This document shows, one piece after another, positions 11,040-23,219 of a DNA stretch of 64,000 nt. This DNA comes from Marsupella aquatica (Eukaryota; Plantae; Marchantiophyta): assembly GCA_973895155.1 (NCBI GenBank), contig OZ316899.1, positions 13,953,934-14,017,933 of the forward strand, read 5' to 3'. The translations under genes were made by a program, and so were the position numbers. The notes under the pieces are model-generated. The model saw only the letters and a list, made by a program, of their open reading frames with translations, ran no database searches and was not told the DNA's origin. Every line of letters begins with the position of its first letter. The stretch's first letter is position 1.

Positions 11040-13060
11040 GCTAGTCCCACAGCCGTTGGATCTTCCGAAGCAAACAATGCTTTTGCTCGTTTCATATCCT
11101 TGGCTATGGCTTCAGTATTCTCCAGGGTTTCTAATTCTTGCAGTTGTTCCTTAACACTAGCCGTAACAGAGGGGTAGAACAACTTAGGATGATCTCGATT
11201 GAAGTCGCTATCTTGTGAAGGATTGGGTTCACTGGTGGGCTCATGGCTTACCTGTATTGCCGGAGCCCTCCCTTCTCCTTCCGTTGATGTTGACGAAGAG
11301 TCGATCTTTTCCTCCGTAACCTTCCCTTTATTTTTGGCCAGCCCATCCCACCTTTCCTTCCTTCTGGTAGATCGAGTAGAGACCCGGTAGCAATCATGAT
11401 CTAAATCCTCTTCTGAGAAGGTTGATAGGGCTTCGGCCTCATCATCAGATGGTACGAACTCTGCCTCGGCATCCGCTTGCCATCCTAGTTCGATGTGGTT
11501 GATTTGAACTCCTCCTGGGGTAGTACCTGGCGGTAAGACCTTAACTGGCAAGAGCTTATGATTTGCGGCCAGGCCTGCCAACCAAGTAGGACATTGTCCT
11601 AGCATGTGACCCTCCTGTCTGCATCCCATACATAGTTGAACTGGTTGTCCATCACCTTGTTTGCGTGCATTCGGGCATTCTCTAGCAAAATGGCCAGGTT
11701 GACCACAATTATAGCATGCCGCAAATCTTTGCACATTCGGCCTAGGAGGTACCGACGGGTTCTGAATAATCTGAGGATACATCTCTCCCGGGTTGTTCCT
11801 TAATCCTGACCACAGAGATGCAGGTCTGTTGGATAGGTCTCGTGCTCCAGTCTCACTGATGCCGAAAACACTATCAGCGGCATCTCCTAGAAAGTACTCT
11901 ACTTCTCCCTGACATGGTCTGATCTCGGCCACATGCCGAACATGATTAGTATTAAGTTTAGGACACGCATCTTTATGGTGTCCGGTTTTATAACATAAGG
12001 CATACCATACAGAGCTATCCTCCTGTACTACCTTCTTCTTCGGCTTTACCTCTGCAATTATAGCCTTAAGTTGCTCGGTAAGGGCCACGATGTTATCTGG
12101 TGGCTTAGCCTCCAGCTTGACTTTCGTCTTCCCTCTCCTTCTGGCCTTTCTTTTCCTAGTTTTTTCTTCTTCAGAACTAGAAGATGACTCACTCTTGCTA
12201 CTTCCACTATCCGAGCTTGAGTTATCACTTCTTGACTTCTTAGAATGTTTCTTCTTCTTATCTTTTTTCTTATGGGGTGATCCCTCCTCTGATGAGGAAC
12301 TCTCAGACTTAAGCTGTTTCTTCCGGCTTGTGATATCTGCATTAATGTATAATTGAATATCCTTAATTGCCTCGGCTAAAGTCTCCGGGTTCTCCTTCCG
12401 TATTGCGAAACTCATCTTCTGTGGCAAAGCATTCACCAACCATTGAAGTTGCATACCTTCAGATGCATTGGTCTTTGTACGTCTTACCAGTTTCTGAAAG
12501 CGTTGCAAGAACTTCCTGAAGGATTTGTTCTCCTTGAACCGAAGTCGTCCCAATTTCAGCACTGCTAGTTCTGAAGTTCCAATGGGTCGAAACTCCTTAA
12601 CAAATAGTGTTTTGAAGATATCCCAGATGGCTTGATCTTCCACATCCAATGCTCTGTACCAAGGCCTAGCCTCACCCTTGAACAGGCCGGGAAGAATCTG
12701 CATCTTGATGGCCGATTCTCCATTTGCTGCAGCGGTTCCCTCGAAATCATCCAACCATTCGTCCGGATCCTCATCTCCTCTCCCATGAAATGCCTTGTAA
12801 TGAATGCGCGACCGTTGGCTCAGTCTGGTCCCTGGCCTCTCGTCTGGCCGTGCCTCTGGTTCCCCCATGTCGGTTGGGTACTCGTTTCTTCCTACCGACT
12901 CTTCTTCTAGTATGTCTTCTTCGACGCCACTTCCAGCTTCGGAGCTACCAGCTCTTTCTGCTCCTCTCAGTCGCCGTGTATCATGCCACCCGGCAAGCTG
13001 CTGTAGACGAGCTCTCTCCCGTTGAATCGCTCTTTCCTCCCTTGGCGTAGATTCAGTCAT
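11036..13060 (-). CDS. gag: Gypsy gag with CCHC zinc knuckles
   Basis: Capsid motif FHGRGDEDPDEWL...FKGEARPWY; knuckles CYNCGQPGHFARECP and CMGCRQEGHMLGQC plus one degenerate knuckle. Confidence 0.93.
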   Translation of the reverse strand: MTESTPREERAIQRERARLQQLAGWHDTRRLRGAERAGSSEAGSGVEEDILEEESVGRNEYPTDMGEPEARPDERPGTRLSQRSRIHYKAFHGRGDEDPDEWLDDFEGTAAANGESAIKMQILPGLFKGEARPWYRALDVEDQAIWDIFKTLFVKEFRPIGTSELAVLKLGRLRFKENKSFRKFLQRFQKLVRRTKTNASEGMQLQWLVNALPQKMSFAIRKENPETLAEAIKDIQLYINADITSRKKQLKSESSSSEEGSPHKKKDKKKKHSKKSRSDNSSSDSGSSKSESSSSSEEEKTRKRKARRRGKTKVKLEAKPPDNIVALTEQLKAIIAEVKPKKKVVQEDSSVWYALCYKTGHHKDACPKLNTNHVRHVAEIRPCQGEVEYFLGDAADSVFGISETGARDLSNRPASLWSGLRNNPGEMYPQIIQNPSVPPRPNVQRFAACYNCGQPGHFARECPNARKQGDGQPVQLCMGCRQEGHMLGQCPTWLAGLAANHKLLPVKVLPPGTTPGGVQINHIELGWQADAEAEFVPSDDEAEALSTFSEEDLDHDCYRVSTRSTRRKERWDGLAKNKGKVTEEKIDSSSTSTEGEGRAPAIQVSHEPTSEPNPSQDSDFNRDHPKLFYPSVTASVKEQLQELETLENTEAIAKDMKRAKALFASEDPTAVGLA

Positions 13061-13106
13061 TACCTACGCTTCTTTCCTAACTTCATATCTCACGGCTTAA
13101 GAAATG

Positions 13107-13125
13107 CCCCCTCCATCTAGCGCCA
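13107..13125 (-). other. Primer-binding site TGGCGCTAGATGGAGGGGG
   Basis: TGG-initiated sequence 4 nt downstream of the 5' LTR. The cognate tRNA was not determined. Confidence 0.75.
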
Positions 13126-13129
13126 AAAA

Positions 13130-16100
13130 TGTGGTGCGTCCCATGGCTCCCTAAACCCAAGAAACCCCACCAGCACAAGCCGATTCCCGCAGGTTTCGTG
13201 CTTGGCGAGGCCGTTTCCGTGGCTTAGCGGCATGGGACGCTGCTAACCTCCTTCTACTACTACTATTAACATTTTACACACATATACTGGACAGATCCTT
13301 CATCGGGTCATGAGATACGTAGCCGGCCTAATCTAGGCCTTCCCTTGTCTTCCCCTCTGTCTTGTTAGGTATGTTTGGATTCCGCCGCCGGAATGATCCC
13401 CAATAGGCTTGGTTAAGCCGCTAAGACCTCTCTCAGCTCGACACATCCAACTCTCACTCCCCTGCTTACTTTCCTTCCTCTATTGGTTGATGTGGACACT
13501 CTTCACACAAGTTAATGCGACACACAAATAGCAAAATGACTCCTTCTTACTGAGTCATACCATGCACTTGCCATACAAACAATACATCTCATACACAAGC
13601 TCTGCGAACTAAGCCGTGAGGCCAACTCTATTCAGCTCTTAGGCATGAGGAAACATGAATATACACAAGGGTCACTGTATGACTAACCAAGAGCTTCTCT
13701 TACTACTTGATCCCAGCCCGGCTGGTGCAAACTAAAAACTTGCTAAAGAAGAGGCCCTGAGCTCCCCGCTGCCCAGGTACTTATCCTGGTAGTGGATCCG
13801 CCTAATTCTTTGCAACGTAAGCCTAATCTACCTAACTGGATCTACCTATGTACAGCGAGGCAGGAGTACAAGTGTTGCTCTTACCAGTGGAACCGCAATC
13901 CCACTAAGCTAAGTGTCAGGGCCGCCTCTTGGTCCTGATCCTAATCCTAAACTTAGAGATCTGAGCCCGCCCTGCCCACTCATGCCTCCTCCCTCCACGT
14001 CCACCCTCCTTGAAAGGAGCGGCCCTCCACCACCGTCATGGCAGCGGTGGCTGTTCCTTAGTGGACGCCCCCAACGCTTCCACCTCAGCCACTGCCGTAG
14101 GTTCGTTCTCTGACAGATTACCTGCCCTTGACTGAGTCAACTCTCCATCGGCCTGACTAGGTCCACCCCCGGCAATGGCATCGGCTTCAACATCAGCCTC
14201 GGCTATGACCTCCCTGGCTTGCTCAAGAGGTGGATCTGGGATACCGGCCTCATTACTGAGTAGTTTGGCTTGGGTCGCGCCATCCCCACCTTTGGTGGTA
14301 GCGGAATCTATTGCCGTGTTCATGCCGGAGGTTGGTACCGGTTTGAGTACGGCTTGAGGGGTTGAATAACCTCCGGACCCCGAAGGTTTCCGCTTCTTCT
14401 TCTTCACTATCTCCATAGCCGGTTCCTTCCCTTGCTGCCAACGTCCGGCACCGGGCCGTGTGTCACGGCTGGTCCTTCGGCAATTACCACCCCGGGTAAC
14501 TAGTTTGCCCCAACGGGAGATGGACCTGATGCAGCTAAGCATTTAAATACTGCGGCTTGTTTCTTCAGCCGCTCTGTTTGGTTGTCGGCCCGCCGCTGTA
14601 GATTCTCCATCTTCCTCGTGATTTCCTCCAACTCCTCCTGGGTCTCATCCAGGTCCTTACGTGCCTCCTCCAGCTCATTTTTGGCTTCCTCCAATTCCCT
14701 GTGGGCTTCCTCCAATTCCTTTTTGGTGGTAGCCCTCTCCTCCTGGGTTGCTCTTAGCTCCTTGTCAAGCTCCGCTACGACCTCAGACTCCATGTTATTC
14801 ATCTTGGCATAAGTCTGGTTGAGCTTGGCGTCCTTCTCCCGCAGGTCGGCCTTGAAGCTGGCCGTCAGGGACGCAAGCTCCTGTTGTAGCGCAACAATCC
14901 CTTGATAGGATTTCCCTAACTCGGCCTCCTTCTGCTCAAGGGCTCGGCGGATGACCTTGAGCTCTCCCTTCAGCGCCCTCTCCCTTCTCTGAGTCTCCGC
15001 CGCGACCCGGTTGTTGACTGCTATATGGGCCTCCTCTGTGTCTCTCAGCTCCTTCTTCCATTTCTCCCTGTCCTTGATTGCGTCGGCCAATTCTTCCTGG
15101 GTCTGAGTCAGTTTATCCTTGATAATCTGATTATCAGCCTGCGCGGTGTCCAACTGCCCCTGCATGATGTTCAGTTCATGCCGCTTAATCTGCAGTTCAT
15201 CTTGGGCTTTCTTGGCCGCCCTTAGATCGTCAATCTCGGCTTCCATCCTCCTAAGCCGCCGGATGACCTCGTCCTTCTTGTTTCTCTCTAAAGCCACCGC
15301 TTCTTCTAACTGGTGCTTCTCCAACTGCTCCCTATGGAAAAAGGGTCCTACATCCAACTCCTCCCCAAAGATGCCGAGCGCAAGTTCCCCACGTATCTCA
15401 CCATACTCCATGGCTCTATTCTTAGCATAGGTGGAGTAAGTAGAAGTGATCGGCATCGCCCATCGCGGCCTCTGCTCCCAAGCCGTCTTGCGGATCTCTT
15501 CAATCATGGCTAGAGGTTTGCTTCCTTTTTCGGCTAGCCGCCTGATGTCCTCCGGCCAATCTCCTCCTGGCAAATCCTTTTCCCTAGCCAGGGCTGTCTT
15601 TTCTGCTTCCCTAAGTCGCTCCTGGAATTCCTATGCCATCTGCTTTATGCCGTCAAAGCTCGGGGAGCAACATCTGGTGGGGGAGACTCGGGGCTACTCT
15701 GCTGGTTGGGGTCCCCTCGAACTACCCTTGGAAGTGTGGGGATAAACCGGCCACAGGTCCTTACTCCTGGAACGTGATGGTCCGACCCATAGCCGGAGTT
15801 ATCATGGCTGCAGTCCTCCACTGCCTCCTCCAACCCTTGGACTTCTGGCTTCTCCCTCTCGTCTTCGCCGGTAGGAACTTCAGGCAATTCTGCCTCAGAT
15901 TCAGAGCTTGAGACTCCCACGTACATTCGAACACCCGGCTTGGATCCTGGCCTGATTCTCTCCTTATTTCCGGTAAAGGGGTTTTCCCTTCTAAGTCTGC
16001 TTAGGTTGACCTCTGGGGCAGTGTCCTGTATTGGTGCCGCTATCGAAGCTGGTGCCAGTGCCGTCTTTTCCTTCTCCAGCATTTTCAGCAGATTCTGCAT

Positions 16101-17775
16101 GCTTGGTTGTTGCATCGGCAAGTCTTCCTTCCTTGGCCTAAACACCTGCTCAATCGTAGGGCTAACAGGTGGTTGAGGCTTCTCTGCTACCGGCCTCGGT
16201 GCTGGAGCTTCCTCGGGTGTCCTTACCTGCAGGGGAAGTACTGGGGCAAAGGTCTGACCTCTGGCATACCGGCACAACAGCGACATGTGATAGCCAAGCC
16301 GCGACACGCTCCCCATGCCGATTACCTGCTGCTCCTCCTTTAAGATCTTCTTCAATTGGTTGAGGAGGTACCCGTTGTAGTCCCGGCTTGGGTCTCGCCT
16401 CTCTGCCAGATAGACCTGTGCCTTGCCGATCTCTGCCCTCGGCAAGTTACAATGCATGGTCACCCGCAAGAAGTCGATCATCTCTCCTATGTGCGGGTTG
16501 GTGCAGGTGTTCCGGAAGAAGCCATTCTTCGTTGATGGCCCGGGGAACGACCGGAACTCCTTGTCAGGCAAGGTCTTCCTGGTATCAACTTTGGTCTTAT
16601 TGCCTATCGGCAAGCCAAACACTTCGGCAATCACCTTGGGAGTAAGATAGAAATCCTTCCCATATATCCTCGTGGAATTGGTCTCGGGTTCCCATGACCC
16701 CACGAATTCTAATAAGTCTGAATCCGGCACCTCCGACTTCAGCCATGGTAATCTTACAAAGGCCTCTAAGCCGGATCCGGCCATGAAGCCTTGGTACTTC
16801 TTGGTCTGCATGGCCGTAAAGCATGCATCCTCCTCCCGTGCAAAATGTAGTTGCACCTCCTCTGGTAGGGTTGCCGCCTAGCCCTTCCAGGTGTCATCCC
16901 TGGTTGGAATGGCATTGATGGGATCGTCCTCCTCTTCGGCTTCTCCCTGCCTCCTGCTCTGCTGCTCGGTTGGCTTCTTTGGTGCCGCCGACCTTGTTCT
17001 TTTTGCCGGGGTGGCTTCATCGTTGACGGCTCCCTTCCTCTTCATTTCGGCTTCCGTGGATGTCTCTCCTAGCACGGTTGCCTTTGTCCACCCCTCCGTG
17101 CTACCCTTCAACTCCTAGTGTATGTTGTTGCAGCGTTTGATGGCTTCTCGGATGCCGATGACTCTATCTTCGCAAAAGAGAAGATCGTCGAGCTGATTGG
17201 AAGTAGGAGTCCACAAGAACTCGGCCTTGATGAGTTCGCCTCCTAAGAAAGCCGTCTTCTACAGCTCCCACAATCGAGCGAGCTCCTGCCGTTCTCGAGC
17301 TGCCATTTCTGATTCTTCGTCCTTGTAAGTCTTGATGTACTCAGTTGCCCGTTCGAACAGGCATCCCCAGAAATGTGCCGCTTGATTGACGTTGCTCATA
17401 CCCTCCTTAGGTCGATCGTTGGTATCTACTCTCTCCCCGAGTGCTTGCCTAAGCAGTTGACAGTAGTTGGCCTCCCGTAGTCGTCTGCCTAGTTTGTGCT
17501 CGCAAATGAGCCACCATTTCCTGCAAGCGCTCCTTACCCCTCTCCTCTTTTGGTTCTTCCTCCCGTTGATCCTTCCTAGCCGCCGACGCTTAGCGCGCCC
17601 TAACCCTAATCTTGTTTTCACCCCCAGCGTCCTTACCTCCGGCCTCGGCCCGGGTTCCATAGTTGCCCCTAATTGTTTATATTTTCCTTGTTTTGTCCCT
17701 ATACTAAGGTGTTTCTAGGGTGCACTCCTGCTTTACCTACTTAACTGGCCGAGTGATTCCTGGCTAGGCATCACA
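13130..17775 (-). repeat. 5' LTR (4646 bp)
   Basis: Direct repeat of 2250-6910. The 15-bp length difference is accounted for by indels of 18, 3 and four of 1 bp. Confidence 0.96.
14036..17660 (-). pseudogene. LTR(U3)-encoded large protein, 5' LTR copy
   Basis: Same protein as 3156-6795 with different lesions: TAGs at 17259, ~17115 and 16878; 1-bp deletions at ~15661 and ~14430. Confidence 0.88.
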
Positions 17776-17780
17776 GTTAG

Positions 17781-17914
17781 CGTGCAGGATGGAAGAGAGA
17801 AACGTGGCAGGGAACAAAGCCGAGAGATTGAGTGGAGATGTCGAACGTCTGAAATCACAGGCGGACACTCAGTTGAAACAACTGCATAAGCTCATCGGTA
17901 GACCCAATGGGTGA
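17781..17914 (+). pseudogene. C-terminal end of copy A coiled-coil ORF
   Basis: Removing 2250-17780 rejoins the frame as ...KETEAELACRMEERNVAGNKAERLSGDVERLKSQADTQLKQLHKLIGRPNG*. Confidence 0.8.
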
Positions 17915-19209
17915 AGTATACAAAGGGGAAGGCACCTTTGGAAGAATATCACCAAGGGATTGGCCGAGTACTTGGGTCAACGTCTGTCAGTCAAGAATAA
18001 TGTGTGAAGCCGGGGTTGAGCTCAGGTCCCCCAAGGAAACTCAGGTCGAAGGGTCGATTGGGTCACCTTGGATGAAGGAGACTCGGAGCTTGATGGAACC
18101 TGTGGAGAGTGTACATCCCCTATTTTGAGATGGATGTATACTTAGGCAAAGAATGTAAAATTAAGCGAAGAAATAAAAGAAAGAATTGAAACAGGTAAAT
18201 CGGATAAGCGTTGCTTGTCGTTAGTGAAAGTGTTTAGTTTGCTTTGATGAGTAATGTCCCACAGAGTAATTATATCGCACATTAGGCGTGACTTGACGGT
18301 AACAAAGAATACACTGCAATGTAGACTTTAGTAGTATTGCTAGTTATATAGGTGAAGAACTCCCCAAGGAGGTTGTTTGTAGTTATATAGGGGAAGAAAT
18401 TTATATATTCCCCGAGGAGCTTGCGGGCAGGTAAGAGTGTCGGAAGAGCCGGTTGGGAATTTAGGGTTTAGAAGACCGCGCGAATTGTGCGAGTGGAGTT
18501 TGGGGTCTTTGGGTGGGATCACCATCTACCTCGGCCACTGGAATGGAATTGTGACATTGGGTAGGAGTAGCATGCTTAGCATGGTCTATTGGTGAAACAG
18601 GGGGGAAGATGAATGTCGGGCAAGTACAGAGAGATTCCTTGGAGGTTAACCCAAATCGTGTATCCACTTGACATCCTCGTTCATTGTGTGCGTACTGTGT
18701 TGTGTGTTATCTATGATTGTAACTTGAGGATTCCACCTTGTGTATGTGAGTTTAATAAATGTGTAGATGAGATTACACACTTGGTCAGTCGCTAAACCAA
18801 ACGAGACACAACCAATGGATAACCTCGGTGTACCCTCCAGACAAGGGATGCTAAGCTGAGTGGTCGAAAGTTAGTGGATCCTTTCCTAGTCTCTAATGAA
18901 TGTCCAAACTTCCGTATTGGGGGAAGTCAAGTGAAATCCTAACCATCTCCACTCTCAGTCCGGTTTGCACAATGAGTGATATAAAATATCTAAGATTAAT
19001 CATATCCACACACCAGCTACCGTAGCTCTAAACTCCGTTGTGTTTTCCTTGTCGACGCAAATTTGTCAATTGCATCACGGATGAAGTGAAGTTGTAACAA
19101 ATGTCAACAATTTTCAGTTTACAAGTTCCTGTTTTCTCTCAATTACGTTGACGACATTGTAAACTGTTCCATTGTAATTGAATTGATCATCATCTTTCAG
19201 CAATATTGT

Positions 19210-19715
19210 GATTCTGTTGAATTCTTATGAATGCTTTATGTAGGACCTCCTTATATCATGCTTTGTTTCATGTGGATGTCATTCATGCTCTGTTTATTTC
19301 TTGTATTTAATATGTTATATATTTCTAAAGTGATGATGAACATGAGGGTTTCTATGTATTGCAATGTCGAGTGCTCTTGAATTGACTATCTCTCCTTATG
19401 AACTCTTACACAATTGCTATAATCCATTACTGGATCAGTCATGGTTACAACTTCCCTAAATTCTTACCCTGTGACTAATTAAAGTCACATTGGAGTCACG
19501 TATCAACAAGGCTGGACTCCATAATGGAGTCACAGATCACTCACAAATGGGTATCATTGAAGCAAGTCGCAATGTCCAGTATCAAAATTGTGACTTTTGT
19601 TTTTTGGTCTCAACTTTTGCAACACCAAGGGTCACAGCCCGGCTCAAGTCGCATTGAGTTACAATGAAGTCACTTGAGCCAAAACAAGTCACATATTGTG
19701 GTCTCAGATGAGCTC
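19210..19715 (+). mobile_element. Relic CACTA terminus related to the end at 40232-40850, inverted
   Basis: Reverse-complement similarity, e.g. GGTCTCAACTTTTGCAAC vs GTTGCAAAAGTTGAGACC, with GTCAC subterminal motifs. The terminal TAGTG is missing. Confidence 0.75.
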
Positions 19716-22494
19716 GGTATAGGGATTATACCCATTAGAATCCCATTGGGGATTTTTTTTCTTATAAGTGTTGATAAATAATTACATTCTTTGCATCCGC
19801 TATTTTCAACCTTTTAGGGTGGGCAAGATGGAATGAAAATGATTTTATGCGCGATGATTCTGGACATCATTTTATGGCCATTCATGCCCGCTCCAATTAA
19901 ACTCAGGCTAGTCAGCAAATGTGTAACACTCGATCACACAATACACCAACGAGATACCACCGATTAAGGAACATAGTGAATGAGAGCATCAATGATGAAT
20001 GAGGAGGAGAGAATGCTCTCGCTCCACCAACCTATACCCCGCCACCCCCACCCCCGCCCCAAGTGGTGTAAGATATGTGGGGGGAAGCTTATCATTCATA
20101 TTACAGTCCTTTAGGGTTTAGGCTATGTTCTGTTCACTTTTGGTGTTATGTCTTTCTGTTTATTGGGTTACTTCTTTTTTATAGCACGTTATAAGAAGGT
20201 ATTCTATGTTTAAAAAAATGGTGACCACTTGGAGAAGGCACATCAACTTCAGATGGTTGTCAATGAGATCCATGAGGTTCTTAATAAGGCATGAGACAAC
20301 AATGAGATCCCCCAGGCTCTTAAACCTTGAAATTAATGATGATGGCTGATGCCCTATCGATGGCTCGTGCCAGGGCTTTTCATGCTGAGTTACTTGCCGC
20401 TTTGTGGTACTTACTTTGGGCTTGCTGCTTTAGGTAGTGACATGGACAGTAGTAGGAGCCTTGAACAGTACTGATGGTACTTGGATCTTGAAAATTGGGA
20501 GGCAGCACCTGAGGAGTAACTTATCCTCGACCGTCATTCATGAGAGATCATACGTGAAGTGGATGGGAAGCGAGGCTTGGCATTAAGAGGGCATTGAGAG
20601 TACGATGGCGATCCACGATAGATGGAGCCTGCAGGGTTGCAGATTGCTAGTCTGTTAGCAATCATCAGGAGCATCCCAGCCTCTGCTGCACGAAAGACCT
20701 AACCGTCGGCCACACTTTACGGTTCGCCCACCCCTAGAGTAAGAAACAACACTACTTAAACAGCATCCTCCGGTGGATTTCCTGTGGCTTGCTCCCTACC
20801 GTGATACCGTCGCCCGTGTCTGTGCTCTCTCTGCACCCTCGCCAGTGAATAGGGAGATCACGCGAATGATTGACGACATCTTTGTTGGCGTCGGATGCTC
20901 TGGCATTGGCAACCAAAGCTTTCATCCAATTGGAAGGTAGGGTCTTAAACCCCATCCGTCATTTACCCTACGCGACTCTCTGGTAGGATATGCGACTTCT
21001 TTTGCAGAGAACCATGGGCGGCGATGCAAATGAGAAGATATACAATGCACGATGTTTTAGGGTTATCAACCTTTCTTTCGGCCCGCTGAGGCAGCTCTCA
21101 CCCATTAGGGTTGTCTATGTCATATTTGCACACTGTATTCCGTTGTGGCGATCGTTGGCAACGGGAATGGCTTTAGGATTTAGGGTTTGAAATGGCTCAT
21201 TTTTGCATTTTTTGCATCTCTGCTATCCTTTAGAGTCCTCAATTTTTCTAGATGGCTTGCCATGTCGAAACACCTTCATCCGTGTTCTTGTGGTGCTAAA
21301 ATCTAAATACTTTGCTTGTTGCTTGATCGTAGGAGTTGAACCGCTTCTCTGCGATTTGAGCCATCTACTGCTATAGACACCTAAAGTGAAGGGATATGCT
21401 CGTATCTCTGAATCAGTTCCATTGTGGCATAGCAACCGAGAAGGAGCAGAAACGCTGGGTCACTTTTGGTGCTGTCGCGGACTGTTGTGTGACTGCCGAT
21501 CCTAAGTGGCGGCCGGGAGAGAGGCAGCTCATCATAACGGTGGAGGATCTTGAAGGTTTGAGTTTCGCACTTGCTGGAAGATTCTGCTGTGCACATTGCC
21601 TCGAAACCGTACAATGTCCGGATGAACATCACATCGCATGGATTCTTTGATCCCACTTGTGAGTTGTTCATGGATGAGGATCGTGACATATGTTGTGATG
21701 ATATACTGTACGGGCTTGGAAGGGTAAATGTCTTATTGAATCATAGGCATGGACTTTTCCTGTCCCGAACCAGAGAGGTGGACACATCATGGCACGTACC
21801 ATAGGTGACGATGAGCTTCGCAAGAGGATAACTATCGACAAAGCTATAATTTTCACAAACGAATTCAGTCGCAATTTTGTAAAAAACTTGGATCCGTAAG
21901 CATCCAGTTCTTCGTCAAGCTGGACGTTTGTCCGAATCAGGGCCAAAAACGAGGAAGCTGGAACCTTGTCATCCATCTCATTCAGGCAGATTTGGGGGTA
22001 ATGAGGGTGTGGAAGGTACATGTAGCGTGCCGGAGGAAATGCTTGAAGTGGTATTACGGCCGGATCAATTCATAAATCTCAAAAAGAGAAATAGGGACGA
22101 TAAACAGTCGATGGTGCCAAGCACGCGGGTTGAAAGGAGCAAAGACAAGGAACCCCAAACAAAGACAGGGTCGGAGAATGAGACGTCTAGGAAAGCAACC
22201 GAAAGAAAGGTCGCCACGAGAGAGAGAGAGCAGCAGCAGCCAAGGAAGAAGGAAAGGAAGCACGAAAAGGGGAGGCATCGGGAAAATAGAAACCTCAGGC
22301 GATGCAAAAAAAATGGGGAAAAGAAGCAAAGGGGAGAACATTGAACAAGCATGTGGAGCAAAAACAAAGACAGAGGAAGGGGACACGACCAGGGTCAAGA
22401 AGAAGAAAAGGGTGTCGATCAACACCGTCAAGCTGAATGTGGATGATAGTTTGACATTGTTGGTCGATCATTCTCGTTAAATGTAGAGAGGACT

Positions 22495-23064
22495 TTGCAG
22501 TTGTACGAGTGTTGGTATTCCTTTGGACTATCTACGCTTTGCGCGGTTCTCGTGGACAATATCCACACTCCGCCAGCCAAGATGAACGAGCGTTTACTGA
22601 ATGACAATCACGTCAATTGCCTCATGGAACTCATGATTACCAACGCTGGTCAGGAGCCACTACCTACAGATCTGGTTGCCTACAGCATCATCGACAGGGA
22701 TTACAAACTCATCGACCTATCTGTTTCCGATTCTGATTCCGACAAGTTGTCCGAATTAAAATATTTTGCAATCAGTGGACAACACTCGGCAATGGCTGCA
22801 AAGAGGATAATTAGGAGTGCGCAAACCCAATCGGCGTTGATGCAAACCGCCAAGTTACTGAAATATTGATGGGCTTGAATCCTGAAGGGTTCGACCCTTG
22901 CCCAAGGTCTGGTGGAGATTTCCCATGCAAACAACATGCAAGCCAAAGCACACAGGTTTTCATCTCCATTCATCGATCAGGTGGAGCACGCCCGGTTGCA
23001 GTACATCGAAATGGGTCGTCCAGCTCGTCCACTTCCTTTTGGGCGGAAGTCTACCGAATTCCAG
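22495..23064 (+). pseudogene. ParB/Srx-like domain exon of a ParB-MTase-Ulp1 gene
   Basis: ERLLNDNHVNCLMELM...P...KYFAISGQHSAMAAKR fits the ParB N-terminal pattern (R-x-L...G-x-H-[RS]). Two in-frame TGA stops near 22867 and 22876 are plausibly CGA>TGA. A GT-AG intron at 23065-23219 joins in frame to the next exon. Confidence 0.6.
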
Positions 23065-23219
23065 GTAGTATATGGAGGATTTGTGTTTATATATATGATG
23101 AGTGGGCAGAAAATCATTACTACATTTTTAAGTGTTTTAGTGAACGGGTATGCAGGGTATGTAGTGTACACGGCGTGTGTAATCCTCCAATTCACACATT
23201 TATGATTGATAATGATCAG

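Larger units (their letters stand above)
2250..17775 (-). mobile_element. Full-length Ty3/Gypsy LTR retrotransposon (non-chromovirus, no archaeal RNase H) with giant coding LTRs
   Basis: TG...CA LTRs at 2250-6910 and 13130-17775. TSD GTTAG at 2245-2249 and 17776-17780. PBS, PPT and gag-PR-RT-RH-INT order present. Confidence 0.97.
31..18843 (+). mobile_element. Probable solo LTR (family A, ~3.3 kb net) split by the Gypsy insertion at 2250-17775
   Basis: Starts TGTCCAGGAGG (31) and ends CCCTCCAGACA (18843), an imperfect terminal inverted repeat. Flanks AGGGT/AGGGA match at 4/5 bases as a TSD. TATA-like boxes near 18345-18405 and AATAAA near 18754. Encodes a homolog of the LTR-borne protein. 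Confidence 0.6.

Noticed and set aside
11030-11040. A-AAA-AAC -1 slippery site at the gag/protease junction
   Set aside because: The gag TGA overlaps the first A, and other nearby frameshifts look like decay. It cannot be supported without sister copies.
3033-17718. Numerous + strand ORFs over the Gypsy element
   Set aside because: Antisense shadows of the minus-strand coding frames, typically Ser/Leu-rich.
2250-17775. 4.6-kb direct repeat as a segmental duplication or assembly artefact
   Set aside because: TG..CA ends, PBS, PPT, an exact 5-bp TSD, independent mutations in each copy and a third copy starting at the same base (63849) show these are true LTRs.
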